Assembly (NCBI RefSeq): GCF_003057965.1
Contig: NZ_CP020921.1
Span: forward strand, 456,100-514,915
DNA length: 58,816 bases
Direction: 5' to 3'
From: Thermodesulfobium acidiphilum
Lineage (GTDB): Bacteria; Thermodesulfobiota; Thermodesulfobiia; Thermodesulfobiales; Thermodesulfobiaceae
The translations under genes were made by a program, and so were the position numbers. The notes under the pieces were generated by a model. That model searched no databases. It was given only the letters and a program-made list of their open reading frames with translations, and had not been told where the DNA came from. Below, in pieces: positions 9,685-20,980 of this stretch (position 1 is its first letter; the number at the start of each line of letters is the position of its first letter).

Positions 9685-11763
9685 ATGAAACGAGGTTTTT
9701 CAATTGAACAATTAAGAAACATTGGTATTGCTGCACATATAGATGCGGGTAAAACAACTACCACGGAGAGGATTCTGTTTTATTCTGGCAGAATTCATAA
9801 GGTTGGGGAAGTTCACGAAGGCACTGCAACTATGGACTGGATGCCACAGGAAAGAGAAAGGGGAATAACGATAACTTCGGCAGTAACTACTGTGGAATGG
9901 AAGGGTTGTAGAATTAATATTATTGACACTCCAGGCCACGTGGACTTTACTATCGAAGTAGAACGTTCATTGAGGGTACTAGATGGAGTCGTAGTTGTAC
10001 TATCTGCTGTTGAGGGTGTTCAGCCTCAATCTGAAACTGTTTGGAGACAGGCTACCAGATATGAAGTGCCAAGAATTGTATTTGTAAACAAAATGGATAG
10101 AGTAGGAGCAGACTTTTTCAGGGTTGTAGCTGATATGAGAGAAAAGCTCAGGGCTCCTGTAGTTCCTATTCAAGTTCCGATGGGAGCAGAGGATGACTTC
10201 TTAGGAGTAATAGATATAGTTGAAAGAAAGGCATATATGTGGATAGGGGATAAAAGTGGTAAAGATTATGAAGTTTCTGATGTGCCTGAGGAATACAAGA
10301 AGATAGTAGAAGATTGTAGGGAAAAGCTTGTTGAACACGTTGTAGAAAACGACGAAGCTCTTTTAGATAAATATATGAATGGTGAAGAGATTTCTCTTGA
10401 AGAAATTAAGTCTGGTATCAGAAAATCTACAATTGAAAATAAACTTATACCAGTTTTATGTGGAACTGCATTTAAGAATAAAGGTATTCAACAACTTATG
10501 GATGCTGTAGTTGACTACTTGCCATCTCCGAGTGACATACCCCCTGTTAAAGGTATTAACCCAAAAACTGGAGAAACCGAAATAAGACTCCCATCAGAGG
10601 ATGAGCCAATAGCAGCTCTCGCGTTCAAGATTGTGTCGGATCCATATGTTGGTAGGTTAACATATATAAGGGTATATTCTGGAGAAATAAAAGCTGGTTC
10701 TTACATTTACAACGTTAATAAAAGGTCTAAAGAAAGAGTTGCAAGACTTCTTCAGATGCACGCAAATCATCGAGAGGAAATACCTGCAGTTTATGCTGGA
10801 GACCTTTGTGCTGTGGTAGGCCTCAGAGATACCGTTACCGGAGATACGCTTGCACAAGAAGATAAACCAATAATTTTAGAATCAATTCATATACCGGAAC
10901 CTGTTATATCTGTAGCTATAGAGCCTAAAACCAAAGCAGATCAAGAAAAACTTTCTATAGCTCTCCAAAAATTATCTGAAGAAGACCCGACTTTTAGAGT
11001 AAGCATTGATCACGAGACTGGTCAGACTATTATTCAGGGCATGGGAGAATTGCACCTTGAAATAATTATTGATAGGCTCTTGAGAGAATTTAAAGTAGAA
11101 GCAAAGATTGGGAAACCGCAAGTCTCTTATAGGGAAACTATCAGGCAGCCTGTAAAAGCTGAAGGAAAGTTTATACGTCAGTCTGGCGGTAGAGGTCAGT
11201 ACGGACATGTGTGGATAGAACTAACTCCAACCGAACAGGGTTCTGAGTTTGTATGTGAGAACAAAATTGTTGGTGGAGCGATTCCAAAGGAATATATTCC
11301 TGCGGTAGAAGCGGGAATAAGAGAGGCCATGCAATCTGGAGTCCTGGCAGGATATCCTGTTGTAGATTTCAAGGTCACAATTTTTGATGGTTCATATCAC
11401 GATGTAGATTCTTCCGAAATGGCGTTCAAGATTGCTGGTTCGATGGCATTTAAAGAAGCCATGTCAAAAGCAAAACCAGTTTTGCTTGAACCTATTATGA
11501 GCATCGAAATTGTAGTTCCAGATGACTATCTTGGTGAAGTTCTTGGAGATATTAATTCTCGTAGAGGCAGAATTGACGGTATGACTACAAGAAACGGGGT
11601 GCATATTATTAACGCACTTGTGCCTCTTTCAGAAATGTTTGGCTATGCGACTGATTTGAGATCTAAAACCCAGGGCAGAGGAACATATACGATGGAATTC
11701 GACCACTACGAAGAAGTTCCCAAGAATGTAGCTGAAGCAATTATTGCATCAAAAAAAGGATAG
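9685..11763 (+). CDS. fusA: Elongation factor G
   Basis: [31 protein letters not shown] 9685 (GTG 9679 possible). Confidence 0.99.
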   Translation: MKRGFSIEQLRNIGIAAHIDAGKTTTTERILFYSGRIHKVGEVHEGTATMDWMPQERERGITITSAVTTVEWKGCRINIIDTPGHVDFTIEVERSLRVLDGVVVVLSAVEGVQPQSETVWRQATRYEVPRIVFVNKMDRVGADFFRVVADMREKLRAPVVPIQVPMGAEDDFLGVIDIVERKAYMWIGDKSGKDYEVSDVPEEYKKIVEDCREKLVEHVVENDEALLDKYMNGEEISLEEIKSGIRKSTIENKLIPVLCGTAFKNKGIQQLMDAVVDYLPSPSDIPPVKGINPKTGETEIRLPSEDEPIAALAFKIVSDPYVGRLTYIRVYSGEIKAGSYIYNVNKRSKERVARLLQMHANHREEIPAVYAGDLCAVVGLRDTVTGDTLAQEDKPIILESIHIPEPVISVAIEPKTKADQEKLSIALQKLSEEDPTFRVSIDHETGQTIIQGMGELHLEIIIDRLLREFKVEAKIGKPQVSYRETIRQPVKAEGKFIRQSGGRGQYGHVWIELTPTEQGSEFVCENKIVGGAIPKEYIPAVEAGIREAMQSGVLAGYPVVDFKVTIFDGSYHDVDSSEMAFKIAGSMAFKEAMSKAKPVLLEPIMSIEIVVPDDYLGEVLGDINSRRGRIDGMTTRNGVHIINALVPLSEMFGYATDLRSKTQGRGTYTMEFDHYEEVPKNVAEAIIASKKG

Positions 11764-11842
11764 TTTTTAGGTTTTTAAATGTTTGAAGTTTCAAATTACT
11801 TAAATAAAAAATTAATAAAAAAAGTTTTTGGAGGGTAAAGAA

Positions 11843-13060
11843 ATGGCAAAAGCGAAATTTGACCGAACAAAGACACACCTTAATGTTGGTACCATTGGTC
11901 ATATTGATCATGGAAAAACTACTTTGACTGCAGCTCTTACAATGACTCTTGCTGCTGCAGGCAAGGCTCAGGCAAAGAGATATGAGGATATTGACTCTGC
12001 TCCTGAGGAGAAAGCAAGAGGTATTACGATTAACATTGCTCACGTTGAGTATGAAACAGAAAAGAGACACTATGCACACGTAGACTGTCCAGGACACGTA
12101 GACTATATCAAAAACATGATTACTGGTGCAGCCCAGATGGACGGAGCAGTTCTTGTAGTAGCGGCGAACGATGGACCAATGCCTCAAACAAGAGAACACA
12201 TCCTTCTTGCAAGACAGGTAGGAGTGCCCTCTATCATAGTCTTTATGAACAAGATTGATATGGTAGATGACCCTGAACTCCTTGATCTGGTAGAGATGGA
12301 AACAAGAGATCTTCTTTCTTCTTATGAATTTCCTGGAGACGAAATACCCATAATAAGAGGTTCTGCTCTAAAGGCTATTGAAGCCCTTCAAGCAAACAGC
12401 TCTATTCAAAGAGGACAAAACGAATGGGTAGACAAGATATGGGAGCTTGCAGATGCCCTAGACTCTTATATCCCAGATCCACAAAGAGACATAGATAAGC
12501 CATTCATCATGGCAATTGAAGACGTCTTTACAATCACAGGTAGAGGAACAGTAGTAACAGGCCGTATTGAAAGAGGTCGCATAAAGCCAGGAGACGAAGT
12601 AGAAATAGTAGGATTTTCCATGCAGCCAAAGAAAACAGTCTGCACATCTGTAGAGATGTTTAGAAAGATATTAGACGAAGGCATAGCAGGAGATAACGTA
12701 GGATGTCTTCTAAGAGGTATTGACAAGGACGAAGTAGAAAGAGGACAGGTCCTTGCAAAGCCAGGTTCAATCAAGCCCTATACAAAGTTTAACGCAGAGG
12801 TCTATGTCCTTAAAAAGGAAGAAGGTGGACGTCACACCCCATTCTTCAACGGATATCGTCCACAGTTCTACTTCAGAACTACAGACGTAACAGGAACAAT
12901 AAAGCTTCCAGAAGGCGTAGAAATGGTAATGCCTGGAGATAACATAAACATGTTGGTAGAGCTTATATCTCCAGTAGCAATTGAAGAAGGACTTCGCTTT
13001 GCAATACGTGAAGGCGGCAGAACTGTAGGTGCTGGCGTTGTCACTAAGACACTCGAATAG
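11843..13060 (+). CDS. tuf: Elongation factor Tu
   Basis: [30 protein letters not shown]. Confidence 0.99.
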   Translation: MAKAKFDRTKTHLNVGTIGHIDHGKTTLTAALTMTLAAAGKAQAKRYEDIDSAPEEKARGITINIAHVEYETEKRHYAHVDCPGHVDYIKNMITGAAQMDGAVLVVAANDGPMPQTREHILLARQVGVPSIIVFMNKIDMVDDPELLDLVEMETRDLLSSYEFPGDEIPIIRGSALKAIEALQANSSIQRGQNEWVDKIWELADALDSYIPDPQRDIDKPFIMAIEDVFTITGRGTVVTGRIERGRIKPGDEVEIVGFSMQPKKTVCTSVEMFRKILDEGIAGDNVGCLLRGIDKDEVERGQVLAKPGSIKPYTKFNAEVYVLKKEEGGRHTPFFNGYRPQFYFRTTDVTGTIKLPEGVEMVMPGDNINMLVELISPVAIEEGLRFAIREGGRTVGAGVVTKTLE

Positions 13061-13066
13061 TTGGTG

Positions 13067-13378
13067 ATGATAATGCGTCAAAAAATTAGAGTAAAGATAA
13101 AGTCATACGATCACAGAACTTTGGACCAATCAGTAAAAAGAATTGTTGATACTGTCCAGAGAACAGGAGCTGTAGTACATGGTCCAATTCCGCTTCCAAC
13201 AAGGCGTGAACTGTTTTGTGTGATTAGATCTCCTCATATAGACAAGGATTCACAAGAACACTTCGAAATTTTAACTCACAAGAGACTAATTGATATAGTT
13301 GATCCTACACCTAGGACTATGGACGCGTTAAGAGACTTAGATCTACCCGCAGGAGTTGATATAGAGGTTAAGGTGTAA
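13067..13378 (+). CDS. rpsJ: 30S ribosomal protein S10 (start 13061-13073 uncertain)
   Basis: [32 protein letters not shown]. Confidence 0.98.
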   Translation: MIMRQKIRVKIKSYDHRTLDQSVKRIVDTVQRTGAVVHGPIPLPTRRELFCVIRSPHIDKDSQEHFEILTHKRLIDIVDPTPRTMDALRDLDLPAGVDIEVKV

Positions 13379-13397
13379 GAGAGGAGGAAAACTTGCA

Positions 13398-14024
13398 ATG
13401 GGTAAAATGTTTATGGGTTTAGTTGGAAAAAAACTGGGCATGACAAGTTATATTACACCATCAGGCGTAATACCCGTGACAGTTGTACAGGCTATAAAAG
13501 GAACTGTTGCTGATAAGAGGACGGTTGAAAAAGATGGATACGAGGCTGTTAGAGTGGCTTTTCAAGAGTGTTCTGAGAGAAAACTAAATAGACCTGAGCT
13601 TGGACTTTTTAAAAAAGCTTCTATAAAGCCTCATAAGAAAATCGTAGAATTCCAAAATAACAGTTTGAACGTAGGCGATACCATAGATATATCTATGTTT
13701 TCAGTTGGTGACAACATTAATGTTACAGGAATTACGAGAGGTTTTGGTACCAGTGGCACTATCAAAAGATGGAAGTTCCAAAGAGGGCCGATGAGCCACG
13801 GTTCAAAGAACATCAGGAAAATCGGTTCAACAGGAGTAGGGACAGGAATGAGCAAGATAATAAAAGGAAAGAAAATGCCAGGTCATATGGGCAACGTTAA
13901 AAGAACTGTTAAGAATATATCAGTAGTTGATCTTATGCCCGAAGACTATCTTGTAATCCTTAAAGGTTCTATTCCTGGACACAAAAACTCCTTTGTTATT
14001 TTGTACAAAGGAGGAAACGCATGA
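13398..14024 (+). CDS. rplC: 50S ribosomal protein L3
   Basis: GKKLGMT, PVTVV, DGYEAV, KGKKMPGHMG, KGSIPG. Confidence 0.97.
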   Translation: MGKMFMGLVGKKLGMTSYITPSGVIPVTVVQAIKGTVADKRTVEKDGYEAVRVAFQECSERKLNRPELGLFKKASIKPHKKIVEFQNNSLNVGDTIDISMFSVGDNINVTGITRGFGTSGTIKRWKFQRGPMSHGSKNIRKIGSTGVGTGMSKIIKGKKMPGHMGNVKRTVKNISVVDLMPEDYLVILKGSIPGHKNSFVILYKGGNA

Positions 14025-14632
14025 TTTCTGTATATGATTTAGAGGGAAATAAAGTTAGAGAAATTGAATCCGATTTGATTGATGTTAAAGATAATTCGCA
14101 CGTTGTCTATATGCAGGTTGTAAGAGAGCTAGCAGGAATGAGATCGGGTAGCGCATGTACCAAAACACGTGGAGAAGTAAGAGGCGGAGGGAAAAAACCA
14201 TATGCCCAAAAGCATACTGGTAGGGCCAGACATGGTTCAATTCGTTCTCCGATATGGAGAAAAGGAGGAATTACATTTGGCCCAAAACCCAGAAAATATA
14301 GTTTTTCTCTGCCTAAAAAAGTTATAAAGCTTTCAAGAAATATTGCGCTTAAAAATCTTATTGCTCAGGATAGATTTATAGTAGTTGAAAATCTTTCAAA
14401 TATTGAACCAAAAACAAAGTTTGCTACTAATTTTGTAAAAAAACTTCCTGGAGAAAATTGTAAAAGTTTAGTAGTTGTAGATGACTATTTCGAAAACGTT
14501 TTGCGCGCTTTTGCAAACCTCCCAAATTTTAGAATAGTTGACGTGAATAATTTAAAGGTAGCCGACATTCTTTGGTCTCAAAGAGTAATTTTGACTCCCG
14601 AGGCTTTAGAGTGTCTAGAGACCTGGAGGTGA
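14021..14632 (+). CDS. rplD: 50S ribosomal protein L4
   Basis: TKTRGEVRGGGKKP..QKHTGRARHGS, GG.TFGPKPR. Confidence 0.97.
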   Translation: MISVYDLEGNKVREIESDLIDVKDNSHVVYMQVVRELAGMRSGSACTKTRGEVRGGGKKPYAQKHTGRARHGSIRSPIWRKGGITFGPKPRKYSFSLPKKVIKLSRNIALKNLIAQDRFIVVENLSNIEPKTKFATNFVKKLPGENCKSLVVVDDYFENVLRAFANLPNFRIVDVNNLKVADILWSQRVILTPEALECLETWR

Positions 14633-14638
14633 TAAGAG

Positions 14639-14932
14639 ATGTTTGACCCATATCGCTATGTAATTAAACCTGTTGTTACTGAAAAGAGCACGGATTTGGC
14701 TGGGAAATATAATCAATATACTTTTATTGTTAGTAAAGATGCTAATAAAACTTCTATTAAGATGTCTATAGAAGAAATTTTCAAAGTTAAGGTAAAGGAT
14801 CTTAAAATAATTAACGTCAAAGGTAAACCTAAAAGAATGGGAAGGAATGTCGGTTTAACCTCTTCTTTTAAGAAAGCCATAATAACTTTGATGCCAGGAA
14901 ATAAGATTGAGATCTTTGAAGGCGTTCAATAG
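14639..14932 (+). CDS. rplW: 50S ribosomal protein L23
   Basis: PVVTEKS, YTF.V...ANK, KKAIITL. Confidence 0.97.
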   Translation: MFDPYRYVIKPVVTEKSTDLAGKYNQYTFIVSKDANKTSIKMSIEEIFKVKVKDLKIINVKGKPKRMGRNVGLTSSFKKAIITLMPGNKIEIFEGVQ

Positions 14933-14946
14933 GGAGGTTAAAAAAT

Positions 14947-15777
14947 ATGTCTGTTAAGAGTTATAAGCCATATACAGCAAGTAGAAGGTTCATGACTGTT
15001 TCTTCTTTTGATGAAATATCAAAGGATAAGCCGGAGAAATCGCTTATAAAGGGTTTAACCAAAACTGGAGGAAGAAATAATTTTGGAAGAATTACTTCAA
15101 GATTTCGCGGTGGTGGTCACAAGCGTTTATATAGGCAAATTGACTTTAAAAGGGATAAAGATGGAATAGAGGCAAAAGTAGTTTCTATAGAGTATGATCC
15201 AAATAGAAGTGCAAGAATTGCTCTTTTGAGTTATAAAGATGGTGAAAAGAGATATATTATCTCGCCTGAGGGACTAAAAGTTGGACAGACTGTGCTTTCT
15301 GGTCCTGAAGCAGATATAACGGTAGGTTCTTGTCTGCCTCTGAAATATATACCCCTTGGTACTATTGTTCATAATGTGGAACTTTATCCCGGGAAGGGAG
15401 CTCAACTTGTGCGTTCTGCAGGAGCAGGAGCTCAAATAATGTCTAAAGAGGGTAATCTGGTTAGCTTGAGGATGCCTTCAGGCGAAGTAAGATTTGTTAA
15501 TAGCAATTGTAAAGCTACTATTGGACAGGTTGGTAATCTGGATCACGAAAACGTTTCTATTGGTAAAGCAGGAAGAAAAAGATGGTTAGGAAGAAGGCCC
15601 CATAATAGAGGATCGTCAATGAATCCAGTAGATCACCCACATGGTGGTGGAGAAGGCAAGGCTCCTATTGGGCATCCAGGCCCACTAACTCCATGGGGAA
15701 AGCCAACTTTGGGCCATAAGACAAGAAAAAGACATAAACCATCAGATAAATATATCCTTCGCAGGAGAAATAAATAA
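14947..15777 (+). CDS. rplB: 50S ribosomal protein L2
   Basis: [29 protein letters not shown]. Confidence 0.99.
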   Translation: MSVKSYKPYTASRRFMTVSSFDEISKDKPEKSLIKGLTKTGGRNNFGRITSRFRGGGHKRLYRQIDFKRDKDGIEAKVVSIEYDPNRSARIALLSYKDGEKRYIISPEGLKVGQTVLSGPEADITVGSCLPLKYIPLGTIVHNVELYPGKGAQLVRSAGAGAQIMSKEGNLVSLRMPSGEVRFVNSNCKATIGQVGNLDHENVSIGKAGRKRWLGRRPHNRGSSMNPVDHPHGGGEGKAPIGHPGPLTPWGKPTLGHKTRKRHKPSDKYILRRRNK

Positions 15778-15802
15778 TGTTTTATATAAGGAGAGGATAG
15801 TC

Positions 15803-16081
15803 ATGGGACGTTCAAGTAAAAAGGGTCCTTATGTCCACCCAAAGCTTTTAAAGAAAGTGGATGAAATGAACAAAACAGGAGAAAAAAAGGTTATAAAAGT
15901 ATGGTCTAGATCTTCTGTTATTATTCCAGAAATGGTTGGCCACACTTTTGCAGTTCATAATGGAAAGAAACACGTTCCAATTTATCTGACTGAGGCTATG
16001 GTTGGCCACCGTTTGGGAGAATTTGTCCCAACGAGAACTTTTAAAGGCCATCCTGGTCATAGTGTAGCAGAGCGTTCTTGA
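15803..16081 (+). CDS. rpsS: 30S ribosomal protein S19
   Basis: [22 protein letters not shown]. Confidence 0.98.
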   Translation: MGRSSKKGPYVHPKLLKKVDEMNKTGEKKVIKVWSRSSVIIPEMVGHTFAVHNGKKHVPIYLTEAMVGHRLGEFVPTRTFKGHPGHSVAERS

Positions 16082-16103
16082 TATTTAGGTATAGGAGGAA
16101 ATT

Positions 16104-16463
16104 ATGGAAGTTCGAGCTGTATCAAAATATGTTCGAATATCACCGAAGAAGGTACAGGAAATTATTCATTTGCTTCCTGGCAAGCAGGTTGACGTTGCTT
16201 TGAATAGTTTGAGCGTTATGCCACATAAGGCTGCACGTATTCTTTATAAGGTTACGAAATCTGCTATAGCAAATGCAGAGAATAATTTCAATCTGGATAG
16301 AAAGGATTTAATTGTTTCTAAAGCTTTTGCCGATAAAGGGCCAAGCATGAAACGATTTACTCCAAGGGCATATGGACGTGCTTTTCCAATATTGAAAAGG
16401 ACTTCTCATATAACTATAGTAGTTGCTACTGCTGAATCTAAACAAAAAGGAGGCAAACAATAA
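16104..16463 (+). CDS. rplV: 50S ribosomal protein L22
   Basis: RISPKK, SAIANAENN, PRAYGRA, KRTSHIT. Confidence 0.98.
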   Translation: MEVRAVSKYVRISPKKVQEIIHLLPGKQVDVALNSLSVMPHKAARILYKVTKSAIANAENNFNLDRKDLIVSKAFADKGPSMKRFTPRAYGRAFPILKRTSHITIVVATAESKQKGGKQ

Positions 16464-17201
16464 GTGGGTCAAAAAGTACATCCAAATGGATTAAGAGTTG
16501 GAATAACAAAGGATCATATTACACATTGGTTTGCCCCGAAATCAAGTTTTAGTTCTGATCTTGTGCAAGATTTTAAAATAAGACAATTTATAAAAAAAGA
16601 ACTTAGCTCTGCTTTTGTTTCTAAAGTGTTGATCGATAGAAGAGGTTCTAAGGGTCAAGAAAGGATAAAAGTAATAGTAAGAACGGCAAGACCAGGTATG
16701 GTAATTGGTCGTGGAGGACAGGGCAGGGAAGTATTAAGGAAAAAACTTGTTGACGAATTTAATTCTAATATAGAAGTTGACGTGGAAGATATTCCAGTAC
16801 CAGATCTTGATGCACAGCTAATTGCTGAAAATGTAGCTTCACAAATAGAAAAACGTGTAACTTTTCGAAGGGCAATGAAACAGGCTATTTTTAGAGCAAG
16901 GCGTTCTGGTGCCAAAGGAATAAAAATAATGGTAGGCGGTAGATTAGGCGGAGCTGAAGTGGCAAGAAGTGAATGGCTTAGAGAAGGAAGAGTGCCCCTT
17001 CAGACGCTAAGGGCTGATATAGATTATGGTTTTGCCGAGGCGCATACCATATATGGCATAATCGGAGTTAAGGTTTGGCTTTATGTTAACGATTTTGCTG
17101 AATATGCAAAATTTGCCTCGCCTATAATACCTGTTCCTGCAAGTGTAAAGCATGAGAATTTGCCCTTAGAGGAAGGAGAAATTAGCCATGATGATGCCTA
17201 A
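16464..17201 (+). CDS. rpsC: 30S ribosomal protein S3 (GTG start)
   Basis: GQKVHP.GLRVGI, RPGMVIGR, GRVPLQTLRADIDY. Confidence 0.98.
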   Translation: MGQKVHPNGLRVGITKDHITHWFAPKSSFSSDLVQDFKIRQFIKKELSSAFVSKVLIDRRGSKGQERIKVIVRTARPGMVIGRGGQGREVLRKKLVDEFNSNIEVDVEDIPVPDLDAQLIAENVASQIEKRVTFRRAMKQAIFRARRSGAKGIKIMVGGRLGGAEVARSEWLREGRVPLQTLRADIDYGFAEAHTIYGIIGVKVWLYVNDFAEYAKFASPIIPVPASVKHENLPLEEGEISHDDA

Positions 17202-17616
17202 AAGGACAAAATGGAGAAAGCCTCATCTTTTCCACCCTAGAAGAATGGCTAAAAGAGGGACGACACTATTGCACGGTGATTATGGTTTGGTTGCTTTAGA
17301 AGGTGGATTTATTACTGCAAACCAGATTGAGGCGACTCGTAGGGTTTTAGCTAGAAGTTTTAAAAAGGTAGGTAAGGTTTGGATTAGAATATTTCCTCAG
17401 TTGGCGGTTACCTCTAAGCCAGAAGAAGTCAGGATGGGCGGAGGAAAGGGATCTCCTGAAACCTGGGTAGCTGTAGTGGACCCTGGAAAAGTTATGTTTG
17501 AAGTAGGTGGAGGAGTTGAGCCATCTGTTGCAAAAGAAGCCCTTAAACAAGCACAATACAAGTTATCTATAAGGACTAAGATTATTGAGGCAGATAAAGG
17601 TGGTGACAACTCATGA
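17188..17616 (+). CDS. rplP: 50S ribosomal protein L16
   Basis: PKRTKWRK, QIEATR, WIRIFP, RMGGGKG. Confidence 0.97.
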   Translation: MMMPKRTKWRKPHLFHPRRMAKRGTTLLHGDYGLVALEGGFITANQIEATRRVLARSFKKVGKVWIRIFPQLAVTSKPEEVRMGGGKGSPETWVAVVDPGKVMFEVGGGVEPSVAKEALKQAQYKLSIRTKIIEADKGGDNS

Positions 17617-17828
17617 GCTATAAAGAATCTGAAGAAATTAAAGAACTCTCTGCTATGGATATTGAGACTTTGGAGAAAAAACTTTTAGAAGCCAGACGTG
17701 AGTTGTTTAACTTTAGATTTCAACAGGCAACCAGACAATTGACCAGCACTTCTAAGATTAAGGATATAAAAATAAGAATTGCAAGGATTTTAACCCTCTT
17801 GGCCGAAAAGAAAAGAGGTGTCAGATAA
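17613..17828 (+). CDS. rpmC: 50S ribosomal protein L29
   Basis: [14 protein letters not shown]; position in S10 cluster. Confidence 0.95.
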   Translation: MSYKESEEIKELSAMDIETLEKKLLEARRELFNFRFQQATRQLTSTSKIKDIKIRIARILTLLAEKKRGVR

Positions 17829-18103
17829 TGAAGAAACGCTTAAAAGGTGAAGTAATTTCGGATAAAATGGACAAAACTGTAATTGTAAGAGTAATTGAAA
17901 ATGAGAAGCACCCACTTTATAAGAAAACAATTAAGGTATTTGCTAAATTTAAAGCACACGATGAGCTTAATGCTTGTAAAGTTGGAGATACAGTCGTAAT
18001 AGAGGAATGTAGGCCAATCAGTAAAGAAAAGAATTGGCGTGTCGTAGAAATTGTTTCGAGCAAGGAGGAAAGTGACGATGCTTTGCGTTCAATCGAGACT
18101 TAA
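17828..18103 (+). CDS. rpsQ: 30S ribosomal protein S17
   Basis: [27 protein letters not shown]. Confidence 0.98.
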   Translation: MKKRLKGEVISDKMDKTVIVRVIENEKHPLYKKTIKVFAKFKAHDELNACKVGDTVVIEECRPISKEKNWRVVEIVSSKEESDDALRSIET

Positions 18104-18446
18104 TGTAGCTGATAATACAGGTGCCAAGAAGGTTATGATTATAAGAATTATGGGAAAGAGTTTAGGGAAATATGCTGGAGTAGGTGATGTAGTAGTTGCT
18201 GTAGTAAAAGTGGCTCAACCTCATGGTATGGTTAAAAAGTCGGATATTGTTAAGGCTGTTATTGTAAGGACTCATAAAGAAATCAAAAGGCCTGATGGTT
18301 CCATAATAAGATTTGACGACAATGCCGCTGTAATAATAGATAATCAAGGAAATCCCCGAGGCACTAGAGTATTCGGTCCTGTAGCAAGAGAGCTAAGAGA
18401 CAAAAACTTTATGAAAATTATATCTTTGGCTCCGGAGGTTTTATGA
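18078..18446 (+). CDS. rplN: 50S ribosomal protein L14
   Basis: [43 protein letters not shown] before ATG 18078. Confidence 0.98.
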   Translation: MLCVQSRLNVADNTGAKKVMIIRIMGKSLGKYAGVGDVVVAVVKVAQPHGMVKKSDIVKAVIVRTHKEIKRPDGSIIRFDDNAAVIIDNQGNPRGTRVFGPVARELRDKNFMKIISLAPEVL

Positions 18447-18781
18447 AAAACAAATTAGTTGAAAAGAGTAAATTAAACGTAATAAAGGACGATAACGTTT
18501 TAATAATATCTGGCAAAGATAAAGGTAAGCAGGGTAAGATTATCAAATCTATACCAGATAAAAAGATGGTAATTGTAGAAGGAGCAAATATTGTAACGAG
18601 GCATACAAAACCCAGTGCAAAGGGACGTGGCGGAATTCAAAAGATTCCAGCTCCTCTTTCTGTTTCTAAGGTTATGTTGATTTGCCCTAAGTGCAAGAAA
18701 CCAACAAGGGTCAAACATAAGATTGATTCTGAGGGCAAGAAGCATCGTTACTGTTCGCATTGTAATGAAGTGTTTGATTAG
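18443..18781 (+). CDS. rplX: 50S ribosomal protein L24 (C-terminal CxxC..CxxC)
   Basis: KOW motif [15 protein letters not shown]. Confidence 0.97.
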   Translation: MKNKLVEKSKLNVIKDDNVLIISGKDKGKQGKIIKSIPDKKMVIVEGANIVTRHTKPSAKGRGGIQKIPAPLSVSKVMLICPKCKKPTRVKHKIDSEGKKHRYCSHCNEVFD

Positions 18782-18790
18782 GAGGTCTTT

Positions 18791-19336
18791 ATGAAAGCAA
18801 GGTTAAAAGAATTATACGATTCTAAAGTAATACCTTATTTAAAGGATAAATTTTCATATAAAAATGTTATGGAAGTGCCAAAGCCTGTGAAGGTAGTTAT
18901 TAATATCGGTTTAGGTGAAGCTGTTCAAAACGCTAAAGCGGTAGATGCTGCTACAGAAGACCTTAGAGTGATTAGTGGTCAAAAACCTATAATCAGAAGG
19001 GCAAAGAAGTCTATTGCTGCCTTCAAAATTAGGCAGGGAATGCCTATTGGACTAAAGGTAACTTTGCGCGGGCAAAGGATGTACTACTTTCTTGACAAGC
19101 TATTTAACGTTGCACTTCCAAGGATAAGAGACTTTAAAGGGTTTTCTGACGATCACTTTGATGGCAGAGGAAACATAACAATAGGTTTAAGCGAACAGCT
19201 TGTTTTTCCTGAAATAGAATATGATAAGATTGATAAGGTTAGAGGAATGAACGTTACTATTGTAACAACAGCAAAAACTGATAAAGAAGCCAAAGAATTG
19301 CTGGGTGCTCTTGGCTTTCCATTCAGAAAAAATTGA
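18791..19336 (+). CDS. rplE: 50S ribosomal protein L5
   Basis: [29 protein letters not shown]. Confidence 0.98.
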   Translation: MKARLKELYDSKVIPYLKDKFSYKNVMEVPKPVKVVINIGLGEAVQNAKAVDAATEDLRVISGQKPIIRRAKKSIAAFKIRQGMPIGLKVTLRGQRMYYFLDKLFNVALPRIRDFKGFSDDHFDGRGNITIGLSEQLVFPEIEYDKIDKVRGMNVTIVTTAKTDKEAKELLGALGFPFRKN

Positions 19337-19389
19337 TTCAAAAGACCTTTTTGGATTTAAAAGTTTACCTTAAAGAAGGAGTGAAATAG

Positions 19390-19575
19390 TTGGCACGAAA
19401 AGGTTTGTTAGAAACATGGAAAAAACCACCAAAATTTTCTTCGCGACAAAAGAATCGTTGCCTTTTATGTGGAAGACCACATGCATATTATCGTAAATTT
19501 GGTTTGTGCAGAATTTGTTTGAGAAAGTTGGCTTATGAAGGTGTAATACCTGGTCTTAGGAAAGCGAGCTGGTAA
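19390..19575 (+). CDS. rpsZ: 30S ribosomal protein S14 type Z (zinc-binding; TTG start)
   Basis: 61 aa, RCLLCGR, LCRICLR, PGL.KASW. Confidence 0.97.
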   Translation: MARKGLLETWKKPPKFSSRQKNRCLLCGRPHAYYRKFGLCRICLRKLAYEGVIPGLRKASW

Positions 19576-19586
19576 GGGAGGTTTAT

Positions 19587-19979
19587 ATGCATACTGATCC
19601 GATATCTGATATGTTAATAAGGCTAAAAAATGCTAATAATGCTAAACAGGACGTTTTTACACTTCCTGCTTCTAAAGAGAAAGAATCAATATTACAAATC
19701 CTGAAGCAGGAAAACTTTATTGAAGATTTTGAAAGAATTAAATCTAATCCACAAGATATTTTAAGAGTAAAACTTAAATATATCAACGGAAAAAGAGTTA
19801 TTAGAGATGTTAAAAAGGTTAGCAAGCCTGGGCTCAGAATTTATGTAGGGAAAAACGACATTCCAAGAGTTTTGGGCGGTTTTGGTATAGCAATTCTCTC
19901 AACTCCTAAGGGCATAATGAGCGATCATATGGCTAGAAAAGAGGGAATTGGAGGAGAATTGCTGTGTATGGTCTGGTAA
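19587..19979 (+). CDS. rpsH: 30S ribosomal protein S8
   Basis: TDPISDML.R, SKPGLRIY, STPKG, GGELLC.VW. Confidence 0.98.
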   Translation: MHTDPISDMLIRLKNANNAKQDVFTLPASKEKESILQILKQENFIEDFERIKSNPQDILRVKLKYINGKRVIRDVKKVSKPGLRIYVGKNDIPRVLGGFGIAILSTPKGIMSDHMARKEGIGGELLCMVW

Positions 19980-20046
19980 TAAAGTAAATTAATTTATGGG
20001 CTTAAAAACCATAGCTTTATTTATCTATAAAGGTAGGTGATTGATT

Positions 20047-20589
20047 TTGTCTCGAATAGGGAAAAAACCTATAACGATCCCAAAAGGAGTAAATGTTGAT
20101 TTAGACGTAAATCTGATAAAGATAAAAGGACCATTAGGAGAACTAACCCAGGTTTTGCCACCAGAAATAGATGTAAAGATTTCTGATAACAAGATAGAAG
20201 TTCAAAGGAAAAGCGACTCTAAAAGAGCGAGGGCTTTTCATGGGTTGTTTAGAACTCTAATTGCAAATATGGTTACAGGCGTTTCTGAGGGATTCAAAAA
20301 AGGACTTGAATTAGTAGGAACTGGTTATAGAGCACAGTTACAAGGCAACAAACTTGTAATGCAGTTGAGACATTCTCATCCTGTGGAATTTGTTCCGCCT
20401 CAAGAGATTAAATTCGAGCTGGAAGGGAACAATAAGATCTGGGTGAAGGGCATTAGTAAAGAGCTTGTAGGTCAAATTGCTGCAAATGTACGTAAATCAC
20501 TTCCTCCTGATTCTTATAAAGGCAAGGGTATTCGTTATATAGGTGAAATCTTGCATCTCAAACCTGGAAAAGCTGGAACAAAGAAGTAG
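20047..20589 (+). CDS. rplF: 50S ribosomal protein L6 (TTG start)
   Basis: SRIGKKPI, KGPLGEL, NMV.GVS.GF, YKGKGIRY. Confidence 0.98.
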   Translation: MSRIGKKPITIPKGVNVDLDVNLIKIKGPLGELTQVLPPEIDVKISDNKIEVQRKSDSKRARAFHGLFRTLIANMVTGVSEGFKKGLELVGTGYRAQLQGNKLVMQLRHSHPVEFVPPQEIKFELEGNNKIWVKGISKELVGQIAANVRKSLPPDSYKGKGIRYIGEILHLKPGKAGTKK

Positions 20590-20601
20590 AGGAGGCTTAT
20601 T

Positions 20602-20967
20602 GTGATAAAAGAGAAAACAAGATTAGAAGGTAGAAAAATAAGACAAAAGAGAACTAGAAAGAAGGTTTTTGGCACCAAGGAGAGACCTAGACTCTGTATC
20701 TTTAGGAGTTTGAATCACATTTATGCACAGATTATTGATGATACAGAAGGCAAAACTCTTGCATATGCATCTTCATTAGACCCTGAGATCAGAAATTCTT
20801 TATCTGGTAATAAGAAAGATAAATCAAAAGCTGTTGGTTTTCTTATTGCTAAAAGAGCTCTTGAAAAGGGAATAGATAAAGTAGTTTTTGATAGAGCAGG
20901 GTATAAATACCATGGTCGCGTGGCAATCCTGGCAGAAGCTGCAAGAGAAGCTGGATTAAAGTTCTAA
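20602..20967 (+). CDS. rplR: 50S ribosomal protein L18 (GTG start)
   Basis: [32 protein letters not shown]. Confidence 0.98.
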   Translation: MIKEKTRLEGRKIRQKRTRKKVFGTKERPRLCIFRSLNHIYAQIIDDTEGKTLAYASSLDPEIRNSLSGNKKDKSKAVGFLIAKRALEKGIDKVVFDRAGYKYHGRVAILAEAAREAGLKF

Positions 20968-20980
20968 TGAGGAGGAAAAT

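Noticed and set aside
11741-13081. Antisense ORFs over tuf, and the many other short minus-strand ORFs over housekeeping genes
   Set aside because: Shadows of codon bias in conserved genes; no recognisable motifs
14200-14240. L4 QKHTGRARHG as a macrolide-resistance mutation
   Set aside because: I recall this as a natural variant in Thermus/Thermotoga-type L4, so it is not distinctive
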